64,000 nt of DNA from Methanobacteriota archaeon (GTDB lineage: Archaea > Halobacteriota > Bog-38 > Methanoflorentales > Methanoflorentaceae). Within the stretch, counting starts at the first letter, position 1. Every line of letters starts with the position of its first letter. The stretch lies in the NCBI GenBank assembly GCA_963720465.1, contig OY970393.1:1440001-1504000 (forward strand), written 5' to 3'. Both the position numbers and the translations under genes were made by a program. Of this stretch, positions 1 through 10,256 are shown piece after piece. The notes below the pieces were generated by a model, which saw only the letters and a list, made by a program, of their open reading frames with translations, did not search any database and was not told where the DNA came from.

Positions 1-417
1 AGTTCATGTCGTTTTTGTTCTACTACCCGTTTTTTTATACTGCGCTTCTCCTAAAAAGGCGTCGAGCGCGCGACATTCCTTATTTTGTTAGGGGCTTCAT
101 TGATGGCTTTGTCAAGGACATATCTAGCTCATCTTGATCCCTAGCTTTATCGGTCTCTTTGCACAAAACCCAAAAGTGAGCACAACGAAATCCGAAATAA
201 ACGTGTCTGGGCTAATATCTCTAAAAAGGAAATTAAGGGGACCCCCCTCTGTAACGCTTTAAAAGCCAGATTTTAAGCCCGATAGAAAAAAGAACGACGG
301 AAGCATCATTATGAAAATGTCGATTGAAAAGGTAATTACTATGCGGATAGAGTAACGCTCCTCGGGTAGAATGGGACGCAAAACGGTATGTGTGGTTTTT
401 TGTTCATTAGCGGAGGA

Positions 418-1224
418 TTATGCTCGGTCTAAAGTCATTTTCGCCAAGTCTCGCTTTTCTTTAAAAACTCGATCGAAGTAGCAAGTGATGAACATCGGCC
501 ATTCGATCACTAATCTGAGAGCGCGACTTATTGGCTCTCCTTCTTGACGTCGCGCGTTGACAAATCGTTTATGCGTATACATAACGGAAAGGAGCCACAA
601 TCGACTAATCTTCGTGTTTAAGAAACTCACGTCTGCGAATTTGAACCCATTCTCTTCACACAGACTTTTATAGGCATCAACTTGCCTAGTGGTGAAGCTT
701 CCTTCTGCACTCAATTCTTTAGTCGTTCCTATCTCTTCCATGAGCACAATTTGAGTCTTGGTTACTCTGCATATTTCTTGCACGAGAGCGGTGAGCATTT
801 CTTCGTCAGTGACATGCTGCAACACGGTAACCGTAAAGCTGATATCAATAGATTGATCTTCAAAAGGCAACTTTTTCCCGTTAATTCTGTAAAGTTCAAC
901 TCCTTTGTATGCGGCGACATTTTGCGCGGCTATGTTAATCATTGTTTGTGAGATATCGACTCCTATCAGTGCTTGCGGTGCGCGACGTTCCGCTATATGC
1001 TTTAAATTGCCGCCGGGGCCGCAACCGACCTCCAACACGCGTGCATCGCGAAAATCGATTGTGTCCAAGAACGTCTGTAGAAATTTGTCCCTTCTGTAAC
1101 GGGAAACTGGATCATCATACCCAGCTACGTCGCACTGATCTCTTTTTTGGATCTCTTGTCCAACTTTAGACCAATACTGCTCAGGATCATACTCTACCAT
1201 CTCTCTGTCCTTATGAATTGCCAA
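418..1224 (-). CDS. Class I SAM-dependent methyltransferase
   Basis: VLEVGCGPG motif I, GVDIS, LPFEDQSID, VLQHV. Start could be TTG 1224 or ATG 1200. Confidence 0.85.
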   Translation of the reverse strand: MAIHKDREMVEYDPEQYWSKVGQEIQKRDQCDVAGYDDPVSRYRRDKFLQTFLDTIDFRDARVLEVGCGPGGNLKHIAERRAPQALIGVDISQTMINIAAQNVAAYKGVELYRINGKKLPFEDQSIDISFTVTVLQHVTDEEMLTALVQEICRVTKTQIVLMEEIGTTKELSAEGSFTTRQVDAYKSLCEENGFKFADVSFLNTKISRLWLLSVMYTHKRFVNARRQEGEPISRALRLVIEWPMFITCYFDRVFKEKRDLAKMTLDRA

Positions 1225-1772
1225 GTTAGTCCTTCTCGCGCGCGATGAGTCAAACTCGATGAGTGCCGTTTTGAAGCTTATTACATTGCCCGCCTTTTAT
1301 ACCCTGTTGCGCCTATCTTATTGAATCGCATGTCTTTTCTACTTTTACTATAAGAAAGAGTTTTAGGACGGGTTAAAAATGAAATTGGACTTAGATCCGC
1401 GAAAGGCGGGGCCAAAAGCATCAAACACCTTCGAGATATCGAAGCGGAACGCATCCCACTGCATTGACGGAGGTCACGGGTTTTCAGGGAAGGTTATGCT
1501 CTTTGAGTACAAAGTGCGGATTACGAAAACCCCCCTAGGCTTTGGCAGCGGTTTTCATACAGACGCTTGCATCAAAAAATCGTGAGTCTGCTTCCTTGTC
1601 GAACGACTAAAGCACAACTCGTGGCTCGGCGCTCTAAAATGATCCTGTTTCAAATTGTCTCAAACGGCAGCCCGCAAGCCGACGTATCAGAAGTCCCGTC
1701 TTAGCCTCGAAATACGTACTTCATATGCGAGGACGCAGAATGCTAGGTGGCCAAGCGACGGGGGCAGACAGA

Positions 1773-2030
1773 ATGACTCTCAGTGACGCGCAGCGATTTA
1801 TCTATTGTTTGTTCGGGTTAGCGTATTTCACTATCTTCGTTTTGGTGTTGTTAAACGTCTACGCGCTGGAGATCTTTCTCGTCCTTTCGATTGCTGAATT
1901 CTTCGCGGTTGTCCAACTAACGGAGCCCTCTTTCTTCCGCGCTGCGTGGAGAAAACACATGAACGTTCTTGCTGCGATTTACTTGATTATATTCTTTATC
2001 GTAATGTACCGGCGCATATTGAGTCTCTAA
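1773..2030 (+). CDS. Small integral membrane protein (~3 TM)
   Basis: Three hydrophobic stretches. ATG 1773 chosen over the upstream extension. Confidence 0.6.
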   Translation: MTLSDAQRFIYCLFGLAYFTIFVLVLLNVYALEIFLVLSIAEFFAVVQLTEPSFFRAAWRKHMNVLAAIYLIIFFIVMYRRILSL

Positions 2031-2411
2031 CAGAGCGGTCGAGCAAGTGACACACGACGGATAAATCGTTCTTATTTGTATCAGATCAGGCTTTTCGACC
2101 ACTAGAAGCAAAACCGCAGAGACACTTTCTTCCTACGCGAGCTGCAGAGACAAAGGACGGCCGGTCGAGCTTGCGCCTGAAGTTGCTGGACTATTGCAGC
2201 AGGAATCGGTCACCCTGAAAATAAAGGGACAGAGCGATCCCCGTTCGACCGCCGAAAATCGTAGCAATCGAGGGAATCAATATCCGGAAAGTGCAACGTC
2301 TTTTTTATATGCGCTCGTCGTAATATTATTGAATTCTCACTCGAGGTAAAATATTTTTTACGCAGGCAAACATAGACTCAACGCCTTAAACGCGGTTCTC
2401 AAGGAGAACTC

Positions 2412-3293
2412 ATGACACTGATGCTGTACGCGCCCTTCAAGAAGAGTCAATCGCTCACGCGCAAAAACGAGTTCAGGGCCACCGGCGTTTTTCTGCTCAT
2501 CCTCGGAACGATCGTGGTGCTGATCGCATATCCCTCATACAACACCTCGACGATGTCGAACGCGCTGATGATGGTCGGGGTGACCGCTCTCTTTATCGGT
2601 GGCCTAACGATATTTCTTAACACGGGGAAATTCATCAGCGAAATTGTCGCGGAACGCTTTCAGTTGAGCACAACGATCGCACTCGAAGACCTTCTTCGCG
2701 ATCTCGGATTGAGAGACAAAGGCGTCTATATCCCTGCGTCCCGTACAGGAGTGGGAACGAAGGTTTTCGTTCCGCTGACGGGCGTGGACAAATGCCTCCC
2801 TCAAGCGTGCATCAAGGACGATCACGCGTTTCTTACCAGCCTTGCAGACACAGCGGAAGTGGGTGCGTTGATCCAGCCCTTAGGCTACGCCCTTTTCACC
2901 TATACCGAGAAGGACATGGAAGTAGTGTGGAAATCGGCTGACGCCAACGGCGGTGAGCAAGATGAGCCATCAGAGCCTGAGCTTGAGCCAGACCAGTTCA
3001 GCAAGAAACTGCAGGCAGTGCTCGTCAAGGGGCTGCACCTTGCAGATTCCGCGGCGATATCGGACGAAGCAGGAGAGTTGCACGTCAGCTTGCAAAACTC
3101 AAGCTATTTATCGGCCTGCAGCATCATTATGGAGCGGGCGCCGCAAGTATGCAAGCAGCTCGGCTGTCCTCTGTGCAGCTTAATCGCGTGCATTTACACG
3201 GAGCAGGTCGACAAGGAAGTAGTGATAGAAAACGTGCATCGTTCTAATCGGAATATTGACATCACGTGCAAAGTTCTCGATAGGCAGGGTTAG
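2412..3293 (+). CDS. Archaeal membrane protein: 2 N-terminal TM plus a C-terminal Cys-rich V4R-like region
   Basis: AAGGAG SD, two TM helices, VCKQLGCPLCSLIAC motif near the C-terminus. Confidence 0.7.
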   Translation: MTLMLYAPFKKSQSLTRKNEFRATGVFLLILGTIVVLIAYPSYNTSTMSNALMMVGVTALFIGGLTIFLNTGKFISEIVAERFQLSTTIALEDLLRDLGLRDKGVYIPASRTGVGTKVFVPLTGVDKCLPQACIKDDHAFLTSLADTAEVGALIQPLGYALFTYTEKDMEVVWKSADANGGEQDEPSEPELEPDQFSKKLQAVLVKGLHLADSAAISDEAGELHVSLQNSSYLSACSIIMERAPQVCKQLGCPLCSLIACIYTEQVDKEVVIENVHRSNRNIDITCKVLDRQG

Positions 3294-3883
3294 CTCCTTG
3301 CGCATCCTTGTCATTTACGCCGCAGACAACCATCCCGACTGGTTTATGAAATAGCTAAGGCGGTAAAAAGCCGATGGGAGGCGCGGCTCCCATGCAGATC
3401 GCTGCTCTTATTGAAACAGCCAACATGATGATTCGTTTTCATCTGTCGCAAGGCACTTTAATTATCTAAGAAACTTTTACCGTGCACAATGACTTTTTTA
3501 AGCTTTAGGTTTTTCGCCGCTGTGCGACGCCAGGCTATGCTCGATGCGGTGTACCGCGGAGCCTGCGATGGAAAGAGCTTGCTAATGCGCAGTCGGCTAT
3601 CCGCTGTCGAAGGGTCTCGACGCGCCTCAACGCGATTTTGTTCTCTGAGGTCGCGGCCGCACTCCAACAATAGTCTTGTGCTCTCTTTCGCAATAGAGCC
3701 TATAGTGATCGAGGGCGGGCGTCAATCTTCGCCTTTACAGCTCGTGCGCAGTCAGCGCGAGAAACGGCCCTTCGGCGAGATCAGAGAGGAATCTATTTCG
3801 GAAGGTTTTTGAACTCTTCTGTCAGTAACGGTAGTCTGGAGCCTAAGGGCTGTTTGCAGGACCGAGCTGACGCACTTCCATCG

Positions 3884-5917
3884 ATGGCCGGCATTTCCAC
3901 AATGAGCAGGATAGTTCTCGCGCTTGCGCTGATTATCATCATTGCGTTCAGCTCAGTCGCTGGCACGTTTTGTTTTGCGGTGCGGGACACTGGAGCGAAA
4001 GGAGCGGTGCCAACTGTCAGTGAGGCTGACACGTCGCTTGTCCAGGCAAGCAGCCTGAAGTTCAAAGGGTTCTCGTACGTCTCGTTCGCACCAAACGAAC
4101 TCGCTTCAGCCGGTTCCAACTCGTCGCTGAACGCTCTGAAGAGCACAGGAGCCAATTACGTCTCCGTGATCGTCACCCAGTTTGTCTCTTCGCCCACATC
4201 AGCCGTTATTTTTCCTGATTCCCGATGGACCCCGACTGACGCTGCCGTGATCGATGCCATCAGAGACGCCCACGCGCGCGGGATGGGCGTCCTTCTCAAA
4301 CCGCAATTGGGTTGCGAAAACTTATCGTACAGTGCGGGCAATCTAGCCCCTACGCAGCCGGCCGCGTGGTTTGCGAATTATACGACGTTTATCGACCACT
4401 ATGCGCGAATCGCCCAAAACAACGGCGTGGAGCTGTTCTGCGTGGGCTGCGAATTGCACCAGCTTGACACGAGCACGTACTATGCGAACTGGCGCACCGT
4501 GATAAGCGGGGTGCGAGCAATCTACCACGGGCCGCTCACCTACGCGGCCGACAACCTCGGGTACGCGCAGGTCCCCTTCTGGGGGTTGCTCGACTACGCG
4601 GGAATCGACGCGTACTTCCCTCTGAGCAACGCGACAACGCCTTCCGTGGCTGACCTTGTTGGCGGGTGGTCTCATTATGTCGATTCCGACGGAACGCACA
4701 ACTGGACCAATGACATCGAGACGTGGCAAGTGACCGTGCACAAACCGGTGATTTTCACCGAGATCGGATACCGGAGCATCGACTACGCCGCGCAGGATCC
4801 CGGAAATTGGGCTATAACGGGAGTGTACAATGGAAATGCGCAGGCCAACTGCTATGCTGCAGCCTTGCAGGTATTTGCCAACAAGCCGTGGTTTGTGGGG
4901 ATGTTCTGGTGGGATTGGTTGCCCAATCCAAATGCAGGAGGTGCCGGCAATACCGACTACACCCCGCAATATAAGCCCGCCCAGGACGTCTTAACCTCGT
5001 ATTGGAATCCGAACCTCACCGCTACCGCGCTCACCCTCACCGCGTCCACCGCCACTCCCGTCGTCAACCAGTCAGTCACCTTCAACGCCACGTTGAGCAG
5101 CGGTGGAACGCCCCTCTCAGGAGAAAACGCCACCATCTACCACTACCTCAACAACGTCCGCTACAACGACACCACCAACGTCACCAACTCCACCGGCCAG
5201 GTCACGGTCACCACGAGCTTTGGCTCTCCCGGTACACGCACCTACTACGCCACCTTCGCTGGCGACAGCTCCTATCAGAATTCGACAAGCACCGTCGTCA
5301 CCGTTAACGTCACCAAGATGCCGACCGCTCTCACCCTCACCGCGTCCAACTCCACCCCCATCGTCAATCAGCAGGTCACCTTCAACGCCACCTTGAGGAG
5401 TGGTGGAACGCCTCTCCCAGGAGAAAACGTCACCATCTACCACTACCTCAACAACGTCCGCTACAACGACACCACCAACGTCACCAACTCCACCGGCCAG
5501 ATCAGCCTCACCACGAGCTGGGCCTCCACCGGAAACCGCACCTACTACGCCACCTTCGTCGGTGACAGCTCCTATCAGAACTCGACGAGCCCAGTCGTGA
5601 CGATCACCGTCACCGTCGGACAGACGCAGATCACCCTCACCGCGTCGAACACCACCCCCGCGGTCAACCAACCCGTCACCTTCACCGCCACCCTCACGAA
5701 CGGCACAACGCCCCTCTCAGGAAAGATCATCACCATCTATCACTACCTCAACAGCGTCCGCTACAACGACACCACCACCACCACCAACTCCACCGGCCAG
5801 GTTACCGACACTACGAGTTGGGGCTCCGCCGGAAACCGCTCCTACTACGCCACGTTCGCCGGTGACAGCTCCTATCTAACATCGACGAGCACGGTCTTGA
5901 CAATCACCGTTCAGTAG
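3884..5917 (+). CDS. Secreted GH113-like (beta-mannanase-type) glycoside hydrolase with three Ig-like repeats
   Basis: Signal/TM segment, GMGVLLKPQL, VGCEL (acid/base Glu), TYAAD, GIDAYFPL, FTEIGY (nucleophile Glu), GMFWWDW, then three 100-aa Thr-rich beta repeats. Confidence 0.85.
   Translation: MAGISTMSRIVLALALIIIIAFSSVAGTFCFAVRDTGAKGAVPTVSEADTSLVQASSLKFKGFSYVSFAPNELASAGSNSSLNALKSTGANYVSVIVTQFVSSPTSAVIFPDSRWTPTDAAVIDAIRDAHARGMGVLLKPQLGCENLSYSAGNLAPTQPAAWFANYTTFIDHYARIAQNNGVELFCVGCELHQLDTSTYYANWRTVISGVRAIYHGPLTYAADNLGYAQVPFWGLLDYAGIDAYFPLSNATTPSVADLVGGWSHYVDSDGTHNWTNDIETWQVTVHKPVIFTEIGYRSIDYAAQDPGNWAITGVYNGNAQANCYAAALQVFANKPWFVGMFWWDWLPNPNAGGAGNTDYTPQYKPAQDVLTSYWNPNLTATALTLTASTATPVVNQSVTFNATLSSGGTPLSGENATIYHYLNNVRYNDTTNVTNSTGQVTVTTSFGSPGTRTYYATFAGDSSYQNSTSTVVTVNVTKMPTALTLTASNSTPIVNQQVTFNATLRSGGTPLPGENVTIYHYLNNVRYNDTTNVTNSTGQISLTTSWASTGNRTYYATFVGDSSYQNSTSPVVTITVTVGQTQITLTASNTTPAVNQPVTFTATLTNGTTPLSGKIITIYHYLNSVRYNDTTTTTNSTGQVTDTTSWGSAGNRSYYATFAGDSSYLTSTSTVLTITVQ
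5024..5914 (+). repeat. Three tandem 300-bp intragenic repeats (Ig-like domains)
   Basis: Units start at 5024, 5324 and 5624. All share TCACCCTCACCGCGTC, CACTACCTCAACA and TACTACGCCAC. Confidence 0.95.
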
Positions 5918-6816
5918 TCCAGACACGCGAGCGATGGCGTTGTTTGCGCACAAAGCACGAGACGACCGCGAAGACCAACAATACCAGCTGGTATTCGCTC
6001 ATAAGGGCAGCCAAACTTCGGCACCTATGAGTTCCTTACGAAGAATCACGGAAGCGCCACGTACACCTCGTCGACGGCGACATAATACGCCTTAGGTGAC
6101 GGTAATGGCGAGTGAGGTAGAGGTCGCATCCCAGCCCACGCGTTCTTTTGGCCATACCCCTAGCGCCTAACGGATGGTTTCTTTTTTCGAATTAAAGGTA
6201 TTAGCGTGTACAGAGTGCCATCTCTCGTTACCGGTTTCAGACCGAGCCTTATCATATCTTCTGACACGCTCGTAGGCGTCATGGTTTCACTCGTTAGCAG
6301 ATCCGAATCCCATTCTGGCGAGCAGGCTGCGCGTGCTGTTTCGAGCTCACGTACTCTTTCTGCACGTCTCCGACGAGCGTACGACTAACCTCAACGCGCT
6401 TCTAGCGTATGACCGTAAACCACTCGGTCCGCTCGCACGATCAACGTAAGAAGGTTCGCAGTGCGCTGTGCTGCTGTTCTTTCACAAAAACGAACACGAA
6501 TAGAAACGGGTTGGAAGCGGAGGCTTTAAATCTGTTTGTCGATACAAAAAAAATGAACTCGCTTATGCGAATTGCTCGCCTACGTCGCCGAAATACACGC
6601 GGATACGTCTTCGCACGTAAGCAGAGCACTCAACAACAAATGGCGTGCAGATGAGCGCGACAAACGTATCCTCAGATGATTGCGGACATCCTCACGATAC
6701 GTCGCGATGGGACGACACCCCAGAGCCTTGGCACAATACAGAAACCGAAACGCAAGCGGCTGCGGGGGGCTGGCCGTGCGTGGTTCTGAACTAGGTTTAT
6801 CGTTTTTTAGGGTAAC

Positions 6817-8268
6817 GTGAGTGACTACGAGCTTTTGGTCAAACGAATCGGGCTGACAGGACTGGCCAGCGTTGTGGTCCAGTTCAGTCCTGTTCTCTTG
6901 CTGCCGATCCTGACGAAGATCCTGACCATTCAGGATTACGGGATCTGGTCGTTAATCGTCGTTACAGCGGGCTTTGTGCCAATGGTGGTGACGTTAGGCC
7001 TACCGAGTTCCATGGTACGGTTTCTAGCTCCGGTAAAAAACAACGATGAGATACGCGAAGGGTACTACTCTATCACTCTCGCTGTTCTCGGTGCCGGCTT
7101 TGTTGTGAGTTTAGTTCTCCTCGTGTTTGCGCAATCGATCGCTACAAATTTGTTCGGCAATAATCTTAACGTTGCCCTCTTACTTCCATTAATCACGTTT
7201 GCGGCCTCTTACATTGCTGTGCCACAGACTTATTTCAGGACATTTCAACAGGCGAAACGATATACGATTGTCTCATTTCTTCAGGCTGCTCTCTACGTTA
7301 TACTCGTCGCAGCGTTCGTCGTGTTTGGTCTCGGACTCGTCGGGGCTGCTTTCGCGTATCTCATCAGCTTGGTGCTCATAGCCCTGATCTCGACCTTTTA
7401 CGTCCTGAGAGATATCGGGGTGACCATACCGAGTTTCGCTGAGCTAAAGGCGTATTTAAAATACGGCCTACCTTTTGTGCCCGGCAACGTCTCGAGTTGG
7501 GCGTTAGGTGTAAGCGATCGGTACATCATTACGTTCTTCTTGGGTGTCGCTTGGGTTGGTTACTACTCTCCAGGGTACCAGCTTGGTTGGATGATAACTG
7601 TCTTAGCGATGCCCTTTACGATCCTAGCTCCGACGGCCATCTACGAGTATTATGACGCAAACCACATAGCGGAGGTGAAGACGATTATCAGGTACTCCAT
7701 AAAATACTTCCTCGCAGTTGCCGTGCCCGCAGCTTTCGTGCTTTCAGTTCTGTCGAAGCCCATACTGCTGGTACTAACTACCCCAGCAATAGCTGCGAAC
7801 GGCTATCTGATCACGCCGTTTACCGCGTTTAGCTCTCTGCTGTTTGGAGTGTGGTCCATAATCATGATCGTGCTCACCTTTGAAAAAAGGACGGCGATCA
7901 TCGGCATGATGTGGATCCTAGGTGCGGTATTAAACATCGGCCTTAATCTGATCCTCGTTCCATATTTTGGAATCATAGCTGCGGCCCTGACGACGGTGCT
8001 GGGCTACGGCTTTGTTTTCGGGGTTACCGCGATTTATTCTGTTCGACACATGACGCTCGATGTAGATTTTGGGTTCATTTTAAAAAGTATTTTTGCATCG
8101 GTCGTGGTATCGTCGTTTGTTCTGGTATGGCACGCCTCCGGATTGTTGAGCGTCTCAGCCCTGATCGTGATCTGCGCCGCCGCCTACACCGCGATCCTGT
8201 TTGTCCTCAAAGGATTTACGGCAAGCGAAATACGATTCTTCAGCGGTTTTCTCGCGAGAGAGAGATGA
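6817..8268 (+). CDS. Wzx/MOP-family oligosaccharide flippase
   Basis: Multi-TM protein, LTIQDYGIW, SDRYIITFFLG..VGYYS, GIIAAAL. Confidence 0.9.
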   Translation: MSDYELLVKRIGLTGLASVVVQFSPVLLLPILTKILTIQDYGIWSLIVVTAGFVPMVVTLGLPSSMVRFLAPVKNNDEIREGYYSITLAVLGAGFVVSLVLLVFAQSIATNLFGNNLNVALLLPLITFAASYIAVPQTYFRTFQQAKRYTIVSFLQAALYVILVAAFVVFGLGLVGAAFAYLISLVLIALISTFYVLRDIGVTIPSFAELKAYLKYGLPFVPGNVSSWALGVSDRYIITFFLGVAWVGYYSPGYQLGWMITVLAMPFTILAPTAIYEYYDANHIAEVKTIIRYSIKYFLAVAVPAAFVLSVLSKPILLVLTTPAIAANGYLITPFTAFSSLLFGVWSIIMIVLTFEKRTAIIGMMWILGAVLNIGLNLILVPYFGIIAAALTTVLGYGFVFGVTAIYSVRHMTLDVDFGFILKSIFASVVVSSFVLVWHASGLLSVSALIVICAAAYTAILFVLKGFTASEIRFFSGFLARER

Positions 8269-8301
8269 TGCGTGTAAAAATTATTTAGAGCGAAAACGTG
8301 G

Positions 8302-8523
8302 TCAAGCTGTCAGTAGCTCTAGGCGCTTTCGTTTCGAGATCAAAAAGGCCTCACGCAACGCGTCAAGTTCCATCGCCTTGAGGTTAGCGACCTATTCCTC
8401 GCAATCAATGAGCCAGTTCGCTATTGTTTGTCGTCGTATGCCGACGAGCTCTGCGATCGCGTTTAGTGAATTACCATGCGCACGAAGCTCTATAACCCTC
8501 AGTTTCGTATCTAAGTTGTTCAT
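8302..8523 (-). pseudogene. Helix-turn-helix protein remnant with in-frame TAG
   Basis: MNNLDTKLRVIELRAHGNSLNAIAELVGIRRQTIANW (HTH), TAG at 8392-8394, then a plausible continuation VANLKAMELDALREAFLISKRKRLELL. Confidence 0.6.
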
Positions 8524-9518
8524 GGAGCACCTCGTGCGCGCCTGTGGAGCGTGCTCGCAAAATGCGCCCTTACAAAAGAGCACGCAGCGCCGGGCCCCAC
8601 GCTCTCAATGCCGCGCTGCGACTCATTGGCTCGCGCGACGCGTTCCTTCTTGATTTCTTCATTTCTAACACTCCTCAATCTTCTGTTTCTAATTGCCTCG
8701 CGGCATCGGCCGACTTGTCGACCGTATTTTTCGAGCAGCGTACGAGTCGGGCGCAAACTGGTGCGGCGAGTTATGCTCTCCGCTTTCCAGCTCTTTCGAT
8801 TTATGCACAACCATTTCGCTTTTTACTGCTCTTATTTGAAGCGAATTGCGCCAAAAAGCGCATTCAGTGCTCAAATCGTATTTGGCGAGCGTATTTCGCT
8901 CCTAAAAATAAGATGAATGTCTCAACGATAAACTTTTAGGTAGCATGCTAAAGATTGCTATGGTTATGCAGCGCGCGTGCGCCAGCCGGGGGTCTGCAAA
9001 GCACAAATAACCTCTCTACTGTTTAACGATCCTCACGGAATGTAATTTAATCTATAAAAATCTTTTAATAAAAAATTGGAAATGCAAAGCGAGCTCCAAT
9101 GGCGCTCGTGCGAATGAGATCACAAAGACTGACATAGAAGGCATCAAACAGAGAATCGGCAAAATAGTCGATTCGTGCACAGGGTGGTCAACGGCGTGCT
9201 TAGAACAGGCCCCGCAGTGAGGTCTATTCACTCTGAAAGGCTCGGTCAGCGCGTTAACAGTCATTTCTGAAAGGGTCACTTAGCTCGCAAATGAGTAAGA
9301 TTTAGAATTAATTATAAAAATAACTCAATAATATGAAAAAGTGAGGCACGGGGTGAAAGGAACGAAGAACGAGATCACTTCCTTGTGGGTGCGCCCCACG
9401 TGAAAATGAAACCTGGTTAACTTTTGGTGCGGTTTTGGTGCGGTTCTTATGCCTGGTCGTCCCCGGTCAGGTGATGCACAGCATCAAATGCACGCGATTG
9501 AACTGGTGCCTACACGGG

Positions 9519-10047
9519 CTACGCCAACAACGCCTTCCGCACTTCCTGCGCGTTTTCCTTAGTCGTCAGCACTTCCACAAGGTCGATGGCAAAGTCAATA
9601 GCGGTTCCCGGGCCCTGGCTGGTGATGATGGTTACCGTGCCGCACGACGCGCTCTTCTACGCGCTGCGCGCCCGGGATGTCGATCCCTGGATAACACGTC
9701 GCCTTCGCCCCTCCCATGATACCCGCCACCCCGAGCACGTGCGGGGCAGCACAAATCGCGCCGACGTATTTGCCGGCGTCGTACGCTGCGCGTATGAGGC
9801 TGAGAACGCGTTGATCGCGCTCGAGGTTGACGTACCCAGGGCTCCCGCCCGGAAGGACGAGGGCGTCGTACGTCGTAACGTCGTCAATAGAGAGATCGGG
9901 CACGACTTTGATCCCGTGCCCACCCTCTATGGGCGGAGGTGCAATCCCGGCGAGGAGGACAGCGATGCCCGCACGGCGCAGCACGTCAACGATCGTGACC
10001 GCTTCCAGCTCCTCAAACCCGGGGGCGAGAAGGACAACTACGTTCAT
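9519..10047 (-). CDS. DJ-1/PfpI/ThiJ family protein (one +1 frameshift near 9631)
   Basis: APGFEELEA, LPGG, AICAAP. The family C-terminus IITSQGPGTAIDFAIDLVE...LLA* is in a shifted frame ending at 9519. Confidence 0.85.
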
Positions 10048-10213
10048 AGGTCTACCTCAGGGCTTCAAGCTCTTAAGCGTTTTCGACGCTCGGGGCGGCA
10101 GCCTCGCCTGGGAGCCGCGCTCGTTTGCAGCGCCGTTGTCCGCAAGTAAAGTCACCCCCTAGCTGTCGCAAGGAGGCTTCTCGCTTGATTTAGCTAAATA
10201 CGATCTGTACAAG

Positions 10214-10221
10214 TTTATATA
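10214..10221 (+). promoter_or_regulatory. Archaeal TATA box
   Basis: TTTATATA about 35 nt upstream of the flippase ATG at 10257. Confidence 0.5.
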
Positions 10222-10256
10222 CCAAATTGCAGTAAGTTCAACCTGGTTCCCCTACG

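Noticed and set aside
4343-5671. Long antisense and alternate-frame ORFs over the GH113 gene (similarly 9586-10149, 14645-15358, 33069-33632, 62486-63151)
   Set aside because: Shadow ORFs caused by the codon bias of confidently identified overlapping genes.
8392-8394. Pyrrolysine or genome-wide TAG recoding
   Set aside because: TAG ends core genes at their expected termini (pgk, leuC, thyA), and no pyl genes are seen.
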